This document shows positions 45,947-63,872 of a stretch of DNA of 64,000 bases, piece after piece; the first letter of the stretch is position 1; each line of letters begins with the position of its first letter. Under the pieces are notes generated by a model. The model was given only the letters and a program-made list of their open reading frames with translations, searched no databases and was not told the origin of the DNA. The DNA is from the human T2T-CHM13v2.0 reference genome, Homo sapiens. The stretch lies in the NCBI RefSeq assembly GCF_009914755.1, contig NC_060931.1; one strand, given 5' to 3'. The position numbers and the translations under genes were made by a program.

Positions 45947-46259
45947 ATCATGCTTTCTTTACTAATCACATAGAAGAAAAAGAAAAAAAAGGAAAACTTG
46001 GGAAAGCAGGAAGTATGACATTGCTGAGATGATAGCATGGCTGTGTGAATAACCATAAAACTTGTGACAAAAACATTGTTTGTAACAAACACTTTCCACT
46101 CGATACATCAAGAACATCTTTTCATTGTATTGAATGGTAAAAAAATTTGATAACTACTATCAAGTTTTTTATTCTACTATATGAATATATGACTATTTTA
46201 AAATGTATTTCCAATTATAAGTTGAAGAAAGACTATTAAATGTTCAAAATCTTCCTTTT

Positions 46260-46743
46260 CTATTGTCTAAGCACAGAACTGGAGTGCAGGTCCCAGCTTC
46301 CCATACTGTGGAGTGGCCATGCGTTGTCTGGCCCGTGAAATGTGAGCAGAGGGATCTGTGTAACTTACAGGCTCAGCATGAAATATCACCCATGTGACCT
46401 CCATATACTTTCTCATGAAGGTCAGCCAAAGACAGAGGCTCTCTTGAAGAGGACTCCTGGGACTCCAGAAATGGAGGAGACATTAAATGGTAGGAGTTTG
46501 AGTCTCTGAATAATTATACGAATGCACACTCATCAGGAACATCCATTGTGGAACTTCTGTAAGCAAAAAATATACATTTCTGAATGTTGAGTCATAAAAT
46601 TTCTGGATTACTTTTTTTTTTTATTATACTTTAAGTTTTAGGGTACATGTGCACATTGTGCAGGTTAGTTACATATGTATACATGTGCCATGCTGGTTTT
46701 TTAATAAAGGCAAGTACTATTGTTATTTACTCTAAATAATACA
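46260..46743 (+). mobile_element. Old MLT1 LTR (I/J-like) interrupted by a short L1
   Basis: TGGCCATG...GAAATGTGAGCAGA...GAGTCTCTGAAT...TAATACA. Confidence 0.6.
46612..46697 (-). mobile_element. Very short 5'-truncated young L1 (L1PA2/L1HS-type 3' end)
   Basis: Reverse strand CCAGCATGGCACATGTATACATATGTAACTAACCTGCACAATGTGCACATGTACCCTAAAACTTAAAGTATAAT plus poly(A). Confidence 0.92.
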
Positions 46744-48065
46744 TGAGCAATGCTTCAGAGGTCCTCTTTGTAGCTAAGTCTTTCTGCAAATACCTAATTA
46801 TTTACTTAGAAAATATTCTTGGAAGTAGAATTTCTGGTCAAAGGGTATGAACACTTAAAGTTTTTGAAATTGCCTTCCAGAAAGCTTCTGCATTATTTAA
46901 AAACCCTACCAGCAAGTCAATGAAAATTTCCAAAACAACTCGCTTCATTAGAATTTAACCATATTTTCTAACATAGATAATTTTGTAAGGAATTTGCTAG
47001 GCTCTTGTGTCAGCAATTTTACTAATTATTTATATGTCTTTAAGTCTATGTAACATACCCATCTTTCAATTTGTTTCAAAGATCAAATGTCATGGAATAT
47101 TAACAGTACATATTTAAAATATTAAAAAATATAAGGTAATACAAAAATAAATTAGATACAAATCTAATTTCATGTATGTAAATGTAACAGTTATACATAG
47201 TAACAAATTTTATTCTGCCTTGAAAAGATTATCTGCTAAAACCTTGGCCATATGATCTTTAATTAGATTGTTACTTTGCTGGGTTATCATAGCAGCATTA
47301 GTTACTTAACAATACAGATGTTTCCTTTTTGTAGTTTTTATTGGCTCAAGATGAACACAAGCTTTAGTTCAAACAAAAGTGAGAGAGTGCAATTTAAATG
47401 AGGAGGTGATAGAATATGCACTAGAAGAGAAAAGGAGATAGATGTGTCGACTGTTTGTTTTGTTTTCTTTTGAAAATTGCTGCGTCTCCACTCCTGGTTT
47501 GACACTTGGAGTCCAGAAACTTTCCAACTGTGTTGAACAGAACTTCTGTCTCCCCTTGGGAGCAGCAGCAAGCCAGGGTAGACCACAAGTACCAATGAAA
47601 ATACCTCATCCTATTTATACTGGGTCACATTTCCCCATTTTTGACAGATAGAACCTTTGGAGAAGAATATTAATGACCATTGGGAGATGACACTAGTCAT
47701 TTAGGGAAACACTCAATAAATAGGCAAGTGATACTTCACACAGGGACTCCCTAGATTTGCAAAATGCTTATACCCCAGAGGAAGCTTTTCCTGGAGATGT
47801 GATAATTTCTTTTTTAGGATAATAAAGCTTAATTCTGTAGAACTACCAGACAAAGCAAGACAGTCCACTAGGGAGGAGCCAAGATGGCCGAATAGAAACA
47901 GCTCCGCTCTACAGCTCCCAGCGTGAGCGACGCAGAAGACGGGTGATTTCTGCATTTCCATCTGAGGTACCGGGTTCATCTCACTAGGGAGTGCCAGACA
48001 GTGGGCACAGGTCAGTGGGTGCGCGCACCGTGCGCCAGCCGAAGCAGGGCGAGGCATTGCCTCAC

Positions 48066-48320
48066 TCAGGAAGCGCAAGGGGTCAGGGAGTTCCCTTTCC
48101 TAGTCAAAGAAAGGGGTGACAGACGGCACCTGGAAAATCGGGTCACTACCACCCGAATACTGCACTTTTCCGACAAGCTTAAAAGACGGCGCACCAGGAG
48201 GTTATATCCCGCACATGGCTCGGAGGGTCCTACGCCCGTGGAGTCTCGCTGATTGCTAGCACAGCAGTCTGAGATCAAACTGCAAGGAGGCAGCAAGGCT
48301 GGGGGAGGGGCGCCCGCCAT
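48066..48320 (-). CDS. L1 antisense ORF0, open, 84 aa
   Basis: MAGAPPPALLPPCSLISDCCASNQRDS from the ATG at 48320. Second donor CAG|GTGCCG is intact; first donor is weakened (CAT|GTGCGG). Confidence 0.7.
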   Translation of the reverse strand: MAGAPPPALLPPCSLISDCCASNQRDSTGVGPSEPCAGYNLLVRRLLSLSEKCSIRVVVTRFSRCRLSPLSLTRKGNSLTPCAS

Positions 48321-48775
48321 TGCCCAGGCTTGCTTAGGTAAACAAAGCAGCCGGGAAGCTAGAACTGGGTGGAGCCCACCACAGCTCAAGGAGGCCTGCC
48401 TGCCTCTGTAGGCTCCACCTCTGGGGGCAGGGCACAGACAAACAAAAAGACAGCAGTAACCTCTGCAGACTTAAATGCCCCTGTCTGACAGCTTTGAAGA
48501 GAGCAGTGGTTCTCCCAGCACGCAGCTGGAGATCTGAGAACGGGCAGACTGCCTCCTCAAGTGGGTCCCTGACCCCTGACCCATGAGCAGCCTAACTGGG
48601 AGGCACCCCCCAGCAGGGGCAGACTGACACCTCACACAGCCCAGTACTCCAACAGACCTGCAACTGAGGGTCCTGTCTGTTAGAAGGAAAACTAACAAAC
48701 AGAAAGGACATCCACACCAAAAACCCATCTGTACATCACCATCATCAAAGACCAAAAGTAGATAAAACCACAAAG

Positions 48776-49789
48776 ATGGGGAAAAACAGAGCAGAAAAAC
48801 TGGAAACTCTAAAAAGCAGAGCGCCTCACCCCCTCCAAAGGAACGCAGTTCCTCACCAGCAATGGAACAAAGCTGGACGGAGAATGACTTTGACGAGCTG
48901 AGAGAAGAAGGCTTCAGACGATCAAATTACTCCGAGCTATGGGAAGAAATACAAACCAAAGGCAAAGAAGTTGAAAACTTTGAAAAAAGTTCAGAAGAAT
49001 ATATAACTAGAATAGCCAATACACAGAAGTGCTTAAAGGAGCTGATGGAGCTGAAAACCAAGGCTCCAGAACTACGTGAAGAATGCAGAAGCCTCAGGAG
49101 CCAATGCGATCAACTGGAAGAAAGGGCATCAGTGATGTAAGATGAAGTGAATGAAATGAAGCGAGAAGGGAAGTTTAGAGAAAAAAGAATAAAAAGAAAT
49201 GAGCAAAGCCTCCAAGAAATATGGGACTATGTGAAAAGACCAAATCTACATCTGATTGGTGTACCTGAAAGTGATGGGGAGAATGGAACCAAGTTGGAAA
49301 ACACTCTGCAGGATATTATCCAGGAGAACTTCCCCAGTCTAGCAAGGCAGGCCAACATTCAGATTCAGGAAATACAGAGAACGCCACAAAGATACTCCTC
49401 GAGAAGAGCAACTCCAAGACACATAATTGTCAGATTCACCAAAGTTGAAATGAAGGAAAAAATGCTAAGGGCAGCCAGAGAGAGGTCAGGTTACCCACAA
49501 AGGGAAGCCCATCAGACTAACAGCGGATCTCTCGGCAGAAACCCTACAAGCCAGAAGAGAGTGGGGGCCAATATTCCATATTCTTAAAGAAAAGAATTTT
49601 CAACCCAGAATTTCATATCCAGCCAAACTAAGCTTCATAAGTGAAGGAGAAATAAAATACTTTACAGACAAGCAAATGCTGAGAGATTTTGTCACCACCA
49701 GACCTGCCCTAAAAGAGCTCCTGAAGGAAGCGCTAAACATGGAAAGGAACAACCAATACCAGCTGCTGCAAAATCATGCCAAAATGTAA
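48776..49789 (+). pseudogene. L1 ORF1p, disrupted
   Basis: Frameshift just after the ATG, TAA at 49138-49140, second frameshift near 49483. Confidence 0.95.
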
Positions 49790-49837
49790 AGACCATCAAG
49801 ACTAGGAAGAAACTGCATCAACTAATGAGCAAAATAA

Positions 49838-53670
<3,833 letters not shown>

Positions 53671-53895
53671 ACAATGAGAACACATGGACACAGGAAGGGG
53701 AACATCACACTCTGGGGACTGTTATGGGGTCGGGGGAGGGGGGAGGGATAGCATTGGGAGATACACCTAATGCTAGATGACGAGTTAGTGGGTGCAGCGC
53801 ACCAGCATGGCACATGTATACATATGTAACTAACCTGCACATTGTGCACATGTACCCTAAAACTTAAAGTATAACAATAATAAATTAAAAAAAAA

Positions 53896-53932
53896 CTTAC
53901 AAATAATTTTTTTCTCTCCATAAACAAAAAAA
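53896..53932 (+). other. 30-bp L1 3' transduction plus second poly(A)
   Basis: CTTACAAATAATTTTTTTCTCTCCATAAAC lies between the L1 tail and a second A-run, inside the TSD. Confidence 0.8.
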
Positions 53933-54458
53933 AAGACAGTCCACTAATACCACATTACAGTCTTTTTAAAGATCTCGGCTATTTTATTTTTTCTATGAAT
54001 TCTAGAGTAATATAACTTAGGCATTATCTGGTTTAAAAATACATGATCTGTTTTCACCTATTATAAACGAAATGAGTTAGTATCTCATAAGGATTCTTGA
54101 AAGATACCAAGGGTCCAGAGGTCATGCGTGACATCTTCAAGGGGGCCTTCAAAGCCCCTCCAAGTCATTAGCAGCAACCAAAGCTCCAGAAGTCTCCTCC
54201 CAGACAGAGGTGCAAACAGCCTCATGGCTGGAAGTCTCATTTACCACTTTGGTGGGCTAAGGAGAAGGGGAGAAAATGCTTGCATAGAAAACTAACTCTA
54301 TTTCTTGAAATGAGTGAGTCCTATTTTATCCTATTTTTTTCCTCCCCAAATCTCATGGCTATCAGCCTAATACATGAAAGTACAAGACTAAGATTATTCT
54401 GTCTAAAATAAGAAGATAACAGGCCATGTATAGTTGTATATTTTATTCAAAACCATTA

Positions 54459-54857
<399 letters not shown>

Positions 54858-56061
54858 TCAGCTACACACAGCACACATCACACAAGGTTAAATGAACAAT
54901 TCAGACTTTCCTCTGGGAAATTTTAGTTATTTTAAAGAATGTAAAGACTAAGTATTTAGTTCAGGAGGAATTCCGTTGAAGCAAATTATGTAAGAACAAA
55001 TTTTTGTAGCACAATTTCCATCACATTAGAACTCTGTAGATAATTCTAGTGATACCAGTACATTCAGATCTCATATTTTAAAGACAGAGGCATATATAAG
55101 GAAATGTTAACTGAGCTTTAAAATGTTGGAAAAATTTATTAATGTTATGAGTGAAGATTAAAAAAATATGTACTTTGTCGGAATAGAAATTAACAGGGAA
55201 ATATTAAACGTTATAAATGCCATTAAAAAGAATAATCACTTAAGGTGACCCATCAAGGGATGTTAATAGGGAATGATGATTGGAAAGTAGGAAAAGGAAA
55301 ATTGAAGAATAAACACAAGAAAAGTTTCCTGACAGTCAAACCTTTTTCAGTCTCTAGGGAGTCCATGGAAAATCCATCAATTAGATCATACTAAGCAGTA
55401 CTGTTCAGAATATTAACAAAGCTTTGTACTTCTTCTCAACTTTGCACTTTGGGAAAATATGTGTGCTGCTCTCAGTAGCAAGTTATTCAGGTTTTGGCTT
55501 GTTTTCTTTATAAACCCCTCCTTCATCAGCCGTCAATAAGAGCCAAGAAGACCTAGTTAAAGATGACAGAGAACCAAAATGTAAATGAGGAGTACCCAAC
55601 TCTAACTCCCAATATAAGTAGTTATATTAATGCACTCAATTTTCTCAGAAAGGAAAACTGATGGTCCACAAGTGATTTGTAAATATTTTCCAAAATACCA
55701 ATAGCAGGCTATAATTTTTATGAAAGAAACTCAAACTTCATATAAGTAATTGTTTTCATTCTATAGGATATGAGTTAGTTTCAAATTTTCATGATTAACA
55801 GAGGAATTCTCATCTCCCATTCAGATCTTAGGGACTCTTAGATATTTACAATTGAAGTCAGATTTCTTTCATGATTAAGAAAGTTAACCTTAAATGTGTT
55901 TGAGAACTAAATGAAGTAAACTAGTTGTTCTATGTTAGTATTATTTGATGTCATCTTGTTTCAGTATGAATAAGATGCCAGGTCGCACTATAATTAATAA
56001 TAATATTAATATTGTTTATCATTAATGGCTTCATACCTAAATGTCTCTTCTTGTTCTATAG

Positions 56062-56138
56062 CAACGATGGTCTCTGTCACAAATTTCATGATTTTTATTA
56101 AGACCTCAAAAGGCTGTGGCAAAGATTTGCTTACCCCG
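56062..56138 (+). other. Candidate 77-bp plus-strand exon
   Basis: Strong acceptor TCTCTTCTTGTTCTATAG|C and donor CCG|GTAAGA. Confidence 0.4.
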
Positions 56139-56319
56139 GTAAGACTTTGTGTAGACATTACAGAAGACAGATGTCCTTAATGAGTGCCATTTGTATTCAA
56201 ATAGATTTGAGGCTCTACTAGATAGGCCTTCCCTGGAATATCTTCATGAACAGCTACATATCCAATGTGGTTCGGCATTCATGTGTATTCCATTCTTTTT
56301 TTTTCTCTGTACTTTCTTT

Positions 56320-56440
56320 TCTTAAAAATAAATGTTATTATGTATATTTAAGGCATACAACATGATGTTATGAATTAAATATAGACAGTAAACAGGTTAC
56401 TGTAGTGAAGCAAATTAATGCACCCATCATGTACACATTT
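56320..56440 (-). mobile_element. L1MA-type 3' end fragment
   Basis: TGTATATTTAAGGCATACAACATGATGTT...GGTTACTGTAGTGAAGCAAATTAA. Confidence 0.7.
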
Positions 56441-56835
56441 CATTTCCATGACCTGTTACTTTCATGGCTAATATAATCTGAGGGCTAGAAGAGAAAGTAA
56501 GCTCATCAGAATAATCTTTCCACACTTTCTTCTCCCTTTTCTGTGACCATTACCTGTTTTTCCACCCCAAATTATTACTCTATATACATTTTCTTGAATT
56601 TTTTTATGCCCCCCTCCTCATGGCATTTAAGCTACTCTGTATTTATTTCTACACCGAGCCTTTTCCTTCACTACTGCTGTTTGTAGCAAGTGTGGAGTCT
56701 GCTTTTAACTGCTGACTTTAAGTGAGAGTTTCCTTCCTTTTGATTGTGTTACTGGACTCCCTTCCACCTTCCCTGCCTGTCTTATCTCTACTGAAGATGA
56801 GACAGCATAGAGATTACCACCTCCACCACCCCCAA

Positions 56836-56892
56836 ACACACGCGTGCATGCACACAGACACACACACACACACAGACACACACACACACACA
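56836..56892. repeat. Interrupted (CA)n microsatellite
   Basis: Read directly from the sequence. Confidence 0.9.
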
Positions 56893-57264
56893 GAGCACAC
56901 TTCCTTAGGCAGAGAGAAACACTGAGCTCTTTGTCTTTCTGCTTGTCATACAGAAAAGGGAGGGGAGGAAGGGAGATACAGAGGAAGGAACAGGCCAAGT
57001 TCTATGACTCTGTCTATCTCTGCTCAGGGCAGAGAACTTATATTTCTGAAACCAAACTTTACCCCTCCTCCTCCCGTCACACAGGATGGCAGAGTCACCT
57101 TGGCAAGCACATGTGTCCATTTGCTAAGATGCCCTGGGAAGAGACTGTATTTGTTCATGGAAAGCAGGATAAGACGCCTGAAGCAAAATAAGTCTTATCT
57201 CGCTTGGAATCAGAGTGCTACTAGGCATGATGTGGAAGCGCAGAATAGAATTGTCTTGTCTGGA

Positions 57265-57674
57265 AGGTATATTGGGATGTTTTCATCCATAAGAGTAAAA
57301 CTCATTAGCAAAGGTTTAAGCAAATGGAGAATTCTTTTTATTACATAGTAAAAATCTGAAGCAGCTGGTAACATTGGTTCAGTAGCTCAGTGATGTCATG
57401 ACTGTTGTCTAATTCATTTGTCCTTTTTCTTGAGGTCACAAAGCAGCTGACACAGCTGTAGAGCCCATGTCCTCCTTAGAACAGATAGAACAGAGGACGA
57501 GGAAAGATCCCAGCAGATATCTGCTTACTTGTCATTAGCCACAAAGCCTTTTTCAGTTGTAAAGGGGGCTGGGGAATACAAGTATCTTACATTTTCAACC
57601 TCTATAACTGAGGTTGAAAGGGAAGAAAAGGTTGAGGTTAAGTACTGGGCAAGCCAATAAACACTGTCTGCCAC
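57265..57674 (-). mobile_element. Old MLT1-type LTR
   Basis: GGTTCAGTAGCTCAGTGATGTCA...GGTCACAAAGCAGCTG...ACTGTCTGCCACA. Confidence 0.6.
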
Positions 57675-57825
57675 AAAAGGAATCCCATGCCCAGATTTAT
57701 CCATTTCCTTTTCTTTTTCTTAGAAATACCTATGAAGGACATCACACCTGTTGAATAGCCCACATTTGACTAGGCTTACAAATTTTAGTATCACTGTTTA
57801 CTTTCAAATTAGGGAGATCTTTCTT

Positions 57826-58742
57826 GATTTATAGGAATGCAAACAATTAAACAAACAAAAAACAAATAACCACATTAAAAAATTGGCAAATGACATGAAC
57901 AGTCACTTCTCAAAAGAAGACATACATGCAGCCAACAAATATACGAAAAAAAATGTTCATCATCACTAATCATTAGAGAAATTCAAATCCAAACCACAGT
58001 GAGAGACCATCTCATGACAGTCACAATGGGTATTACTAAAAAGTCAAAAAACAACAGATGCTGGTGAGGTTGCAGAGAAAACGGAACACTTGTACACTGC
58101 TGATAAGAATGTAAATTAGTTCAACCAACTGCGAAAAGCAGTGTGAAGAGTTCTTAAAAAAAAAAAAAAAAAAAAAATTAAAGAAGAACTACTATGAGAG
58201 CCAGCAATTCCACTACTGGGTATATACCCAAAGGAAAATAAATTATTCTACCAAAAAGACACATGCTCGTATGTTCATTGTAGCACTATTCACAACAGCA
58301 AAGGCAAGGAATCAACAAAGATGTCCATCAACGGCGGACTGGATAAAGAAAATGTGGTACACATACACCATGGAATACTAGACAGTCACAAAAAGAAAAA
58401 AACTGTGTCCTTTGCAGCAACATGGATAGAGCTAGAGGCCATTATCCTAAGTGAATGAACAAAAGAACAGAAAACCAAATGGCACATGTTCTCACTGATA
58501 AGTGAGAGCTAAACATTGAAAACACATGGACACAAAGATGAGAACAATAGACATTTGGGACTGCTTGAGAAAGGAGGATGGGAGGGGGCTGTGGGCTGGT
58601 AAGGCTACCTCTCAGGTACTATGCTGACTACCTGAGTGACAGGATCATTTGCATACCAAGCCCCAGCAACAAACAATTTACCCATGTAACAAACCTGCAC
58701 ATGTACCTCCAGAAGCTAAAACAAAAGTAGAAGAAACAAAAA
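57826..58742 (+). mobile_element. 5'-truncated L1 (L1PA15/16-like)
   Basis: ORF2 C-terminal remnant and 3'UTR GGTACTATGCTGACTACCTGAGTGACAGGATC...CAATTTACCCATGTAAC. Confidence 0.88.
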
Positions 58743-60719
58743 GAATTTGAGCATGCTGTGTTTTGGGGCCTGCAGTTTTATCTTTAGATGGCTTGTTGTC
58801 TTTAGATGGCACAACCATCCTGCTGTGTACAACTCAGCTATTGTAGAGGTCACATACATGTATTCAGAATTTAAATGCTAAATTGTAGATAGGGAAACTG
58901 AATGAAAAAATAAGCCATCCTGTTCATCCTTCCATTATATTTTGTTCAACATACACAATATGACTGTCCTAATCATATCTCAGGCTCAATTTTTCCTTTC
59001 TTTTGCAATTTCAGATGGCGCCTGCAAGCCTGAACAGTTAAACCCTCTATTTGTCCTTGAGTTTTCCTCTTGCCTAAATTCTTCCTCTAGTTCCGACTCT
59101 ACCCACCCAGTCTTTGATTTTTCTTACAGAACTCTTTGCTTCCCTAGTTATTCATCTCTCCCTCTCTTTTAGAGAAAGCACTTCCTCCTCTGGATACTGT
59201 GTAATCTTTATCAGGACCACACAATGTGCCTTTATGTGTGATGATAGTGGACAGATGTGATATTTCCAATGGATTCTATCTTGCTTGCTTATTTATGTAT
59301 TGCTCAGACTTCAGCCTTTAGTCTGAAACAAAATAAGTTAGAACGTTCATTGCTTCTAATTTATAATGAGGTGAGTTTTCATTCATTTGAAATGATTTGC
59401 TAATTATACAAAGTTCTTAAAACCCCTTAATCAAAAACCATGGAATATACCAGAGAAGGTTAGAAATTCCAAATTGGTCTTTTAAAAATGTTTCTAAAAG
59501 CAAGGATGCAGTACTATTTAACAATAGATTGTTTTTTCAAAGAACAATTTTCATAATATTTATGCAAAAGGAACACAAGTAAATGTTCCACGGCCCATGT
59601 GTCAAAAGTTTCCAATTATATCTCTTTATCTTGAAATGGCTTATTTTATGTAACAGAGACTATTAGACCCAGAATAGAGTTTAAGACCTATCTGTAATTA
59701 AATCTCATTTTTGCGGAAGACAATAGAGAAGCCACAGAAGCTGAATAACCCATCCAAGGGTTCACAATTTGTGAGTGGCAAACCAGTTTCCTGATTTCCA
59801 ATTCAGGGCTGTTTTTACCATCACCTCCATCTCAAGGGCTCACCCCTATGACAAGCAGCTACAGATACCATACCCAGATCTGGTGGTTCGTGTGATAAGA
59901 GGCAGAAGTGTGGCCTTTGCAGGGCTGTATCAGGAACCAAGTATTGGGTGATGGGCTAAGAACACAAAGAGGGAGTAGAAATGAGACCAGAAGTGTGGAC
60001 CTGCTAAACATGGGACAGTGGGACACTAGCAGATATATTCTCTATATTCTCTGAGCCAGATCTGGATGAGAGTGGCAGGGCAAAAGTTGCAGGTTTAAAA
60101 GAAGGTAGAAATGACCACTTCCAAAGACAGATCTCCCACAGTATCAAAAAAGTAGACAGGTATTGCCTGGGGGAGGCAGGTTAGTTGTAGTTAGCACATT
60201 GTTTTACTCATAATTAACACATTGATCAATTGACCTTCAGATCATTTTAGTTAAAAAATGTGATGGGGTACAGTCATGGAAAGAAAAACATTATTTCTAC
60301 AGCACCTGAGCTGAAAAACATTTTCAGGGCATTTGTACAAACAACATAGCTAACATCCACCGTAGAAGTATGCTTTCTCTGCAAGAAAATCCTTTTTAAA
60401 TTTAGTCCTCTCCTTAGCTTTTCTACTTTTTTATTCATTCATCCATGTAGTCATCAGATTTAGGAACTACCTACTATATACCCAACAACTTAATCACTGT
60501 CAATATTTACAATAATGAGATGGCTGTTTTTTTTTCATGTGGTAGAGGCTTGGAAAACATGAATTCCTTCTTTAAAATGTTTGTAAATGTTTGTTCTACT
60601 AACTTGAAATAAGTAATGTGTTTGTGTTCAGAGCAAACAATTCCAATGTCTCATTTTAGGAAACAAATTAATATTATTGAATTTTAAATCAACAATAACA
60701 AAACACTCTTAAAAGAATT

Positions 60720-61016
60720 GGCCAGGGGAGGTGCAGTGCTCATTCTTGTAATCCCAGCACTTTGGGAGGCCTAGACGGGCTGATCACCTGAGGTCAGGAG
60801 TTCAAGACCAGCATGGCCAACATAGTGAAACCCTGTCTCTACTAAAAATACAAAAAATTATCCAGGCATGGTGGTGCACACCTGTAATCCCAGCTACTCA
60901 GGAGGCTGAGGCAGGAGAATTGCTTGAACCCGGGAGCCAGAGGTGCAGTGAGCCGAGATCGCAACACTGCACTCCAGCCTGGGCAACAGAGTGAGACTCG
61001 GTCTCAAAAAAAAAAA
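60720..61016 (+). mobile_element. AluS (Sx/Sz-like)
   Basis: Full dimer. TSD AAAAGAATT(GGCCA). Confidence 0.95.
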
Positions 61017-63543
61017 AAAAGAATTGGCCATGCCATGAAAAAATGGGATGCATCATTTATGTAAAATCTATTCACAAATAAGTAGAGTACTTAAATAAAT
61101 GTCAGAGTTAAAATGGTGACTTAACTAATACTTTTTGTAAACTTGAGAGTAATTCCTCACCATCTTGAATGAAGATATTTTGTGTATCTTGATTATGTGG
61201 CAAGACTTGGTTGTCTTTTTCATCTGCCTGACCCTAATCCCACTCCTGATCTTCAGTAAAATAGATTAAAGAGAAAGAGACTCTGTTAGTATAATATACG
61301 TGCAAATGAAGGTGTTAATCACATTAAACATGTATCTACTCATGTAATAGTCATTCTCTGAGTAGCATCAATGCCTGGATTACTCCCCCTGCTCTCCTCC
61401 TACGTTTTTGGATCTCTCTTAAAGGAGTAGAATTATATTTTGCAGGTCCTGCATATACCTGCAGGGGACCTTAGGGTGACGTGTAAAACAGATCTTTCTC
61501 TTGTAAACATTGCTGCCCTGTAGCGTAATATAGGATTATTGTTATATGTTACTAATAAGTTTACATTCTAGTCTACCAAATGATGGGGAATGGGGATAGT
61601 ATATTTTACTACAGTTAACATTCATAATTAGTTTACATACAAATTAACTGAACAAATTAAATTATATATGCAATTACAAATATATCTGGTAAAAATTCTG
61701 GTTCTTGTTTGGTCTTCCAGTGTGCTTTCAGCAAAAACTGCTAATATGCCTCAAGCCACAAGCCATATGAGGCCAAATAAAACTATTTTTTAAATACACT
61801 CCCCAGCTGATTCTAATTGCCCAATTCATTTGTGTTTCTTTCCACAAACCATTTCTGCAGCCTATCAGTAGGATTGCCTGATTGATCATTCCCAGAGATT
61901 TGGGCAGAGTGCAACTAGGATGCCTATTATCCCTGGCAACAAATAACCATGTTAAAAACAAATGTTCTCCACAGCAGATGCAGCTGTGGAGAACATACAA
62001 ACTCACAGAAAGAATATGGGCAAATAAAAAAGACATTTGCAAAGAAAAAAGATTTCAAAAGCTAACATAACTCCCCCAGTGCCTGGCACATTTATAGGTA
62101 CCCATGAAAAGAATATAATCACCATGTTCAAACAAGAAAGCTAAACTGAACTGTTCACATTCAACAGTGACATAGGCAGATAAGAAATGTACCATCAGCA
62201 GGGAATAAATAATGTTACCCAAAATGACACCTAAAGAGCAAAGGATCTAGAGAGGTGTCATGAAATTTTCCAAAATAAAATCTCAAACTAAATCAACTTA
62301 ATTATTAAACAATGTAAATTTGAAATGGGGGTAGAGTGAAGAGGAAGAATTGAAAAATCGAACAAAGAAAACTATCAGTTGAGCTTTCCCTATGACAATG
62401 AGAGTAACTGTCAATCGATAACAATGACTATGACCGTAAGTATAACCATCAAAACATATTTAATAAGAGGATTGAAGTTGGTAGACATTTCCCATATTTA
62501 TTCATTAGCATTCCATCACAGAGAAATCAGCTACCTTTTGGTATATGTGCTAGATTAGTTCAATCAATGATTATTAGCATATGTTTTAATGTCCAAAACC
62601 TAAGAGCTGTTGCTGTGCCAAAGAAATCAGGGTGTAGACAAAAGAAATGCAAGGAATCCAGCCTCACCTTTTAAAGTTTTCATGAGACACAGCTTCATGA
62701 AGAAAACACTTGTGTATTAATACAAGAAGTTTAACTCAAGAGTGTGTGGGTAGCATATCAAGCAATCAAAGGTAGCTGAGCACAGGAAATGGAAAGAAAC
62801 AACATAAATGCAGAAAGAATTCAGGCATTGACTACACACCGGCCCGTGAAACTGGCTGCTCCCTTTTCTATCAGATCCTACTCGGTCTGTCATTGGATGG
62901 GCAGTTAGTAGAACCAGGGACTAGACAGGAGTTAAGCACCTTATGCATCCCCTTTTCTCTCCACCAACTGCATCTATTATCAAAATACAAACTACTCCCC
63001 ACCGCCCCCAAAAAAGTGCACTTCAGTTGAAAGTAGTACTCTGGTGGCACAGAGAATGGTATTTCCAATGTCTTTTTCTCAGATTGTTTATGTATTTGCA
63101 CAGAGTGTTAGCTAAGTCCCTTTATTATTTTTTGCATCACAGCTTCCCTCCATGTTTATTTCTCTGGTTTACACCAGCAGTGTAGTGTTATTTCTCCAAA
63201 CAAAGGAAATGTGCCAAAGTATAATTTTATAGTGGTCTCCACTAGCCTCCTTCTTTGCCCCCTACCATTTCAGGCTGCTCAGTTCTAGTTTTCCCCACAG
63301 GGAAACTTAGTCAAGGATTTTGCATAATAGTTGGGAACTTGTCAAGGATTTTGCATAATAGTTGACATTTTGTGTGTTATGCCTGGCACTATGCTAAAGG
63401 TTTCTTATGCATTATCTTATTTGGTCAGTAAAACAACTTTATGAGATATGTTTTTCTATTATCCGCATCTCTAAGATGGGGAAATTAAAGCTTAGAGAGA
63501 TTAATTCACTGACCAAAGGTGAGCAGAGCTGGATCTGAGCTAG

Positions 63544-63872
<329 letters not shown>

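Noticed and set aside
58156-58177. A22 run inside the old L1 as a solo poly(A) retro-insertion
   Set aside because: No clear TSD. Expansion of an A-rich consensus position is simpler.
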